In this document: piece by piece, positions 62,574 through 64,000 of the stretch
Layout: each line of letters begins with the position of its first letter
How positions within the stretch are numbered: position 1 is the first letter of the stretch
Assembly (NCBI GenBank): GCA_963753975.1
Contig: CAVWEH010000002.1
Location: forward strand, 640,001-704,000
Direction: 5' to 3'
Length of the DNA stretch: 64,000 bases
From: an uncultured delta proteobacterium
GTDB lineage: Bacteria; Desulfobacterota; Syntrophia; Syntrophales; Smithellaceae
Program-made: the position numbers and the translations under genes
Notes under the pieces: generated by a model
What the model saw: the letters and a program-made list of their open reading frames with translations, nothing else
Database searches by the model: none
Told to the model about the DNA's origin: nothing

Positions 62574-64000
62574 ATGAATCCTTCACGTCCTTTCATCTTG
62601 CGTCCCGTGGCTACATCATTGTTCATGGCCGCGATTCTGCTTGCGGGCATTATCGCTTATCATGTACTGCCTATTTCCGCGCTGCCTCAGGTTGATTACC
62701 CGACTATTCAGGTTGTGACCCTTTATCCCGGAGCAAGTCCGGACGTTGTTACTTCCTCCATTACTGCGCCACTGGAGCGCCAATTCGGCCAGATGCCGGG
62801 ACTGAATCAGATGTCTTCGACAAGCTCAGGCGGAGCATCGGTAATTACGCTGCAATTCAGTCTCAGCCTGAACCTCGATGTTGCGGAGCAGGAAGTGCAG
62901 GCGGCAATCAATGCCGGCCACTAACTTTCTTCCCACAGATCTGCCGATGCCGCCGATCTACAGCAAAGTCAACCCGGCGGATGCACCGATTATGACTCTG
63001 GCGATAACATCCAAAACCTTGCCGTTGCCGAAAGTTCAGGATCTCATCGACACGCGTGTCGCCCAGAAAATATCGCAATTGCCGGGTGTCGGACTGGTCA
63101 GCATCAGCGGCGGACAAAGACCGGCGGTACGCATTCAGGCCAATCCCAAAGCACTGGCAGCCTATAATCTCACGCTGGAGGATTTGCGCACGACCATCGG
63201 CAATGCCAATGTCAACCAGGCCAAAGGCAGTTTTGACGGTCCGGAGCGCGCTTCCACAATCGACGCCAATGATCAGATCAAGTTGGCTGCAGAATATGAA
63301 AAAGTTATTGTTGCTTACCGCAATGGCGCGCCGGTGCGCCTGACCGATGTAGCGGATGTCCGTGATGATGCTGAGAATGTCAGCCTGGCGGCCTGGCAAG
63401 ATCAAACGCCGGCTGTTATCGTGAATATTCAGCGTCAGCCGGGCGCCAATGTCATCGAGGTTGTCAATCGCATCAAGAATATAATTCCGCAATTGCGGTC
63501 ATCACTGCCCGGTTCGGTTGACGTTATCATGCTGACCGACCGTACCACAACCATCCGGACATCAGTGAATGACGTTCAGTTTGAACTGATCCTGGCCGTT
63601 GCTCTCGTCGTTATGGTCATTTTCCTTTTTCTGCGCAATCTATCGGCAACAATTATTCCGAGCATCGCCGTGCCGCTTTCGCTTATCGGAACATTCGGAG
63701 TCATGTACCTTTTCGGTTTCAGCATCAACAATCTGACTTTGATGGCCTTGACGATCTCGACCGGTTTTGTCGTGGATGACGCCATTGTTGTCATCGAAAA
63801 TATCGCCCGTTATATCGAACAGGGTTTGTCCCCAATGGAGGCCGCCCTCAAGGGTTCGGCGCAGATTGCCTTTACAATCATTTCGCTTACTTTTTCCCTG
63901 ATCGCCGTTTTGATTCCTCTTCTTTTCATGGGAGATGTTGTGGGACGACTTTTCCGGGAATTTGCGATCACCCTGGCCGTCGCCATATTGATTTCGGCGG
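62574..64000 (+). CDS. mdtB: RND permease MdtB-like, +1 frameshift near 62917, runs off the window
   Basis: [39 protein letters not shown]; continues [24 protein letters not shown]. Confidence 0.9.

Overview
This 64 kb window looks like chromosome from an anaerobic deltaproteobacterium, probably Syntrophaceae/Smithella-like. That assignment is inferred from gene content: spd-type EF-G, tungstate transport, Grx-FTR, acyl-CoA ligase, class III RNR. Housekeeping blocks (fusA, ihfB-sppA-rpsA-cmk, adk-lepA-hemW, nrdDG, tupABC, mdtAB) alternate with accessory and decayed stretches. Most notable: (1) a 38.1-44.8 kb cluster whose four core genes resemble the mycobacterial methylmannose-polysaccharide set (GT4, two O-methyltransferases, (alpha/alpha)6 hydrolase), extended by an O-acyltransferase, a B12 radical SAM enzyme and a PHP phosphoesterase; (2) an orphan integron cassette (CBS protein) between two attC-like sites with no integrase in the window; (3) a probable FmdB-family selenoprotein with a SECIS-like hairpin; (4) a stand-alone Cys-rich sigma-4 protein; (5) a promoter-uORF-terminator leader upstream of fusA; (6) MITE/REP-like repeats; (7) a shared upstream motif in a stress-gene cluster. 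Several conserved genes (addA, yyaL, fusA, mdtA, mdtB) each carry one +1 frameshift, most likely sequencing error. No rRNA, tRNA or CRISPR array was recognised. All family assignments come from reading motifs by eye; no searches were run.
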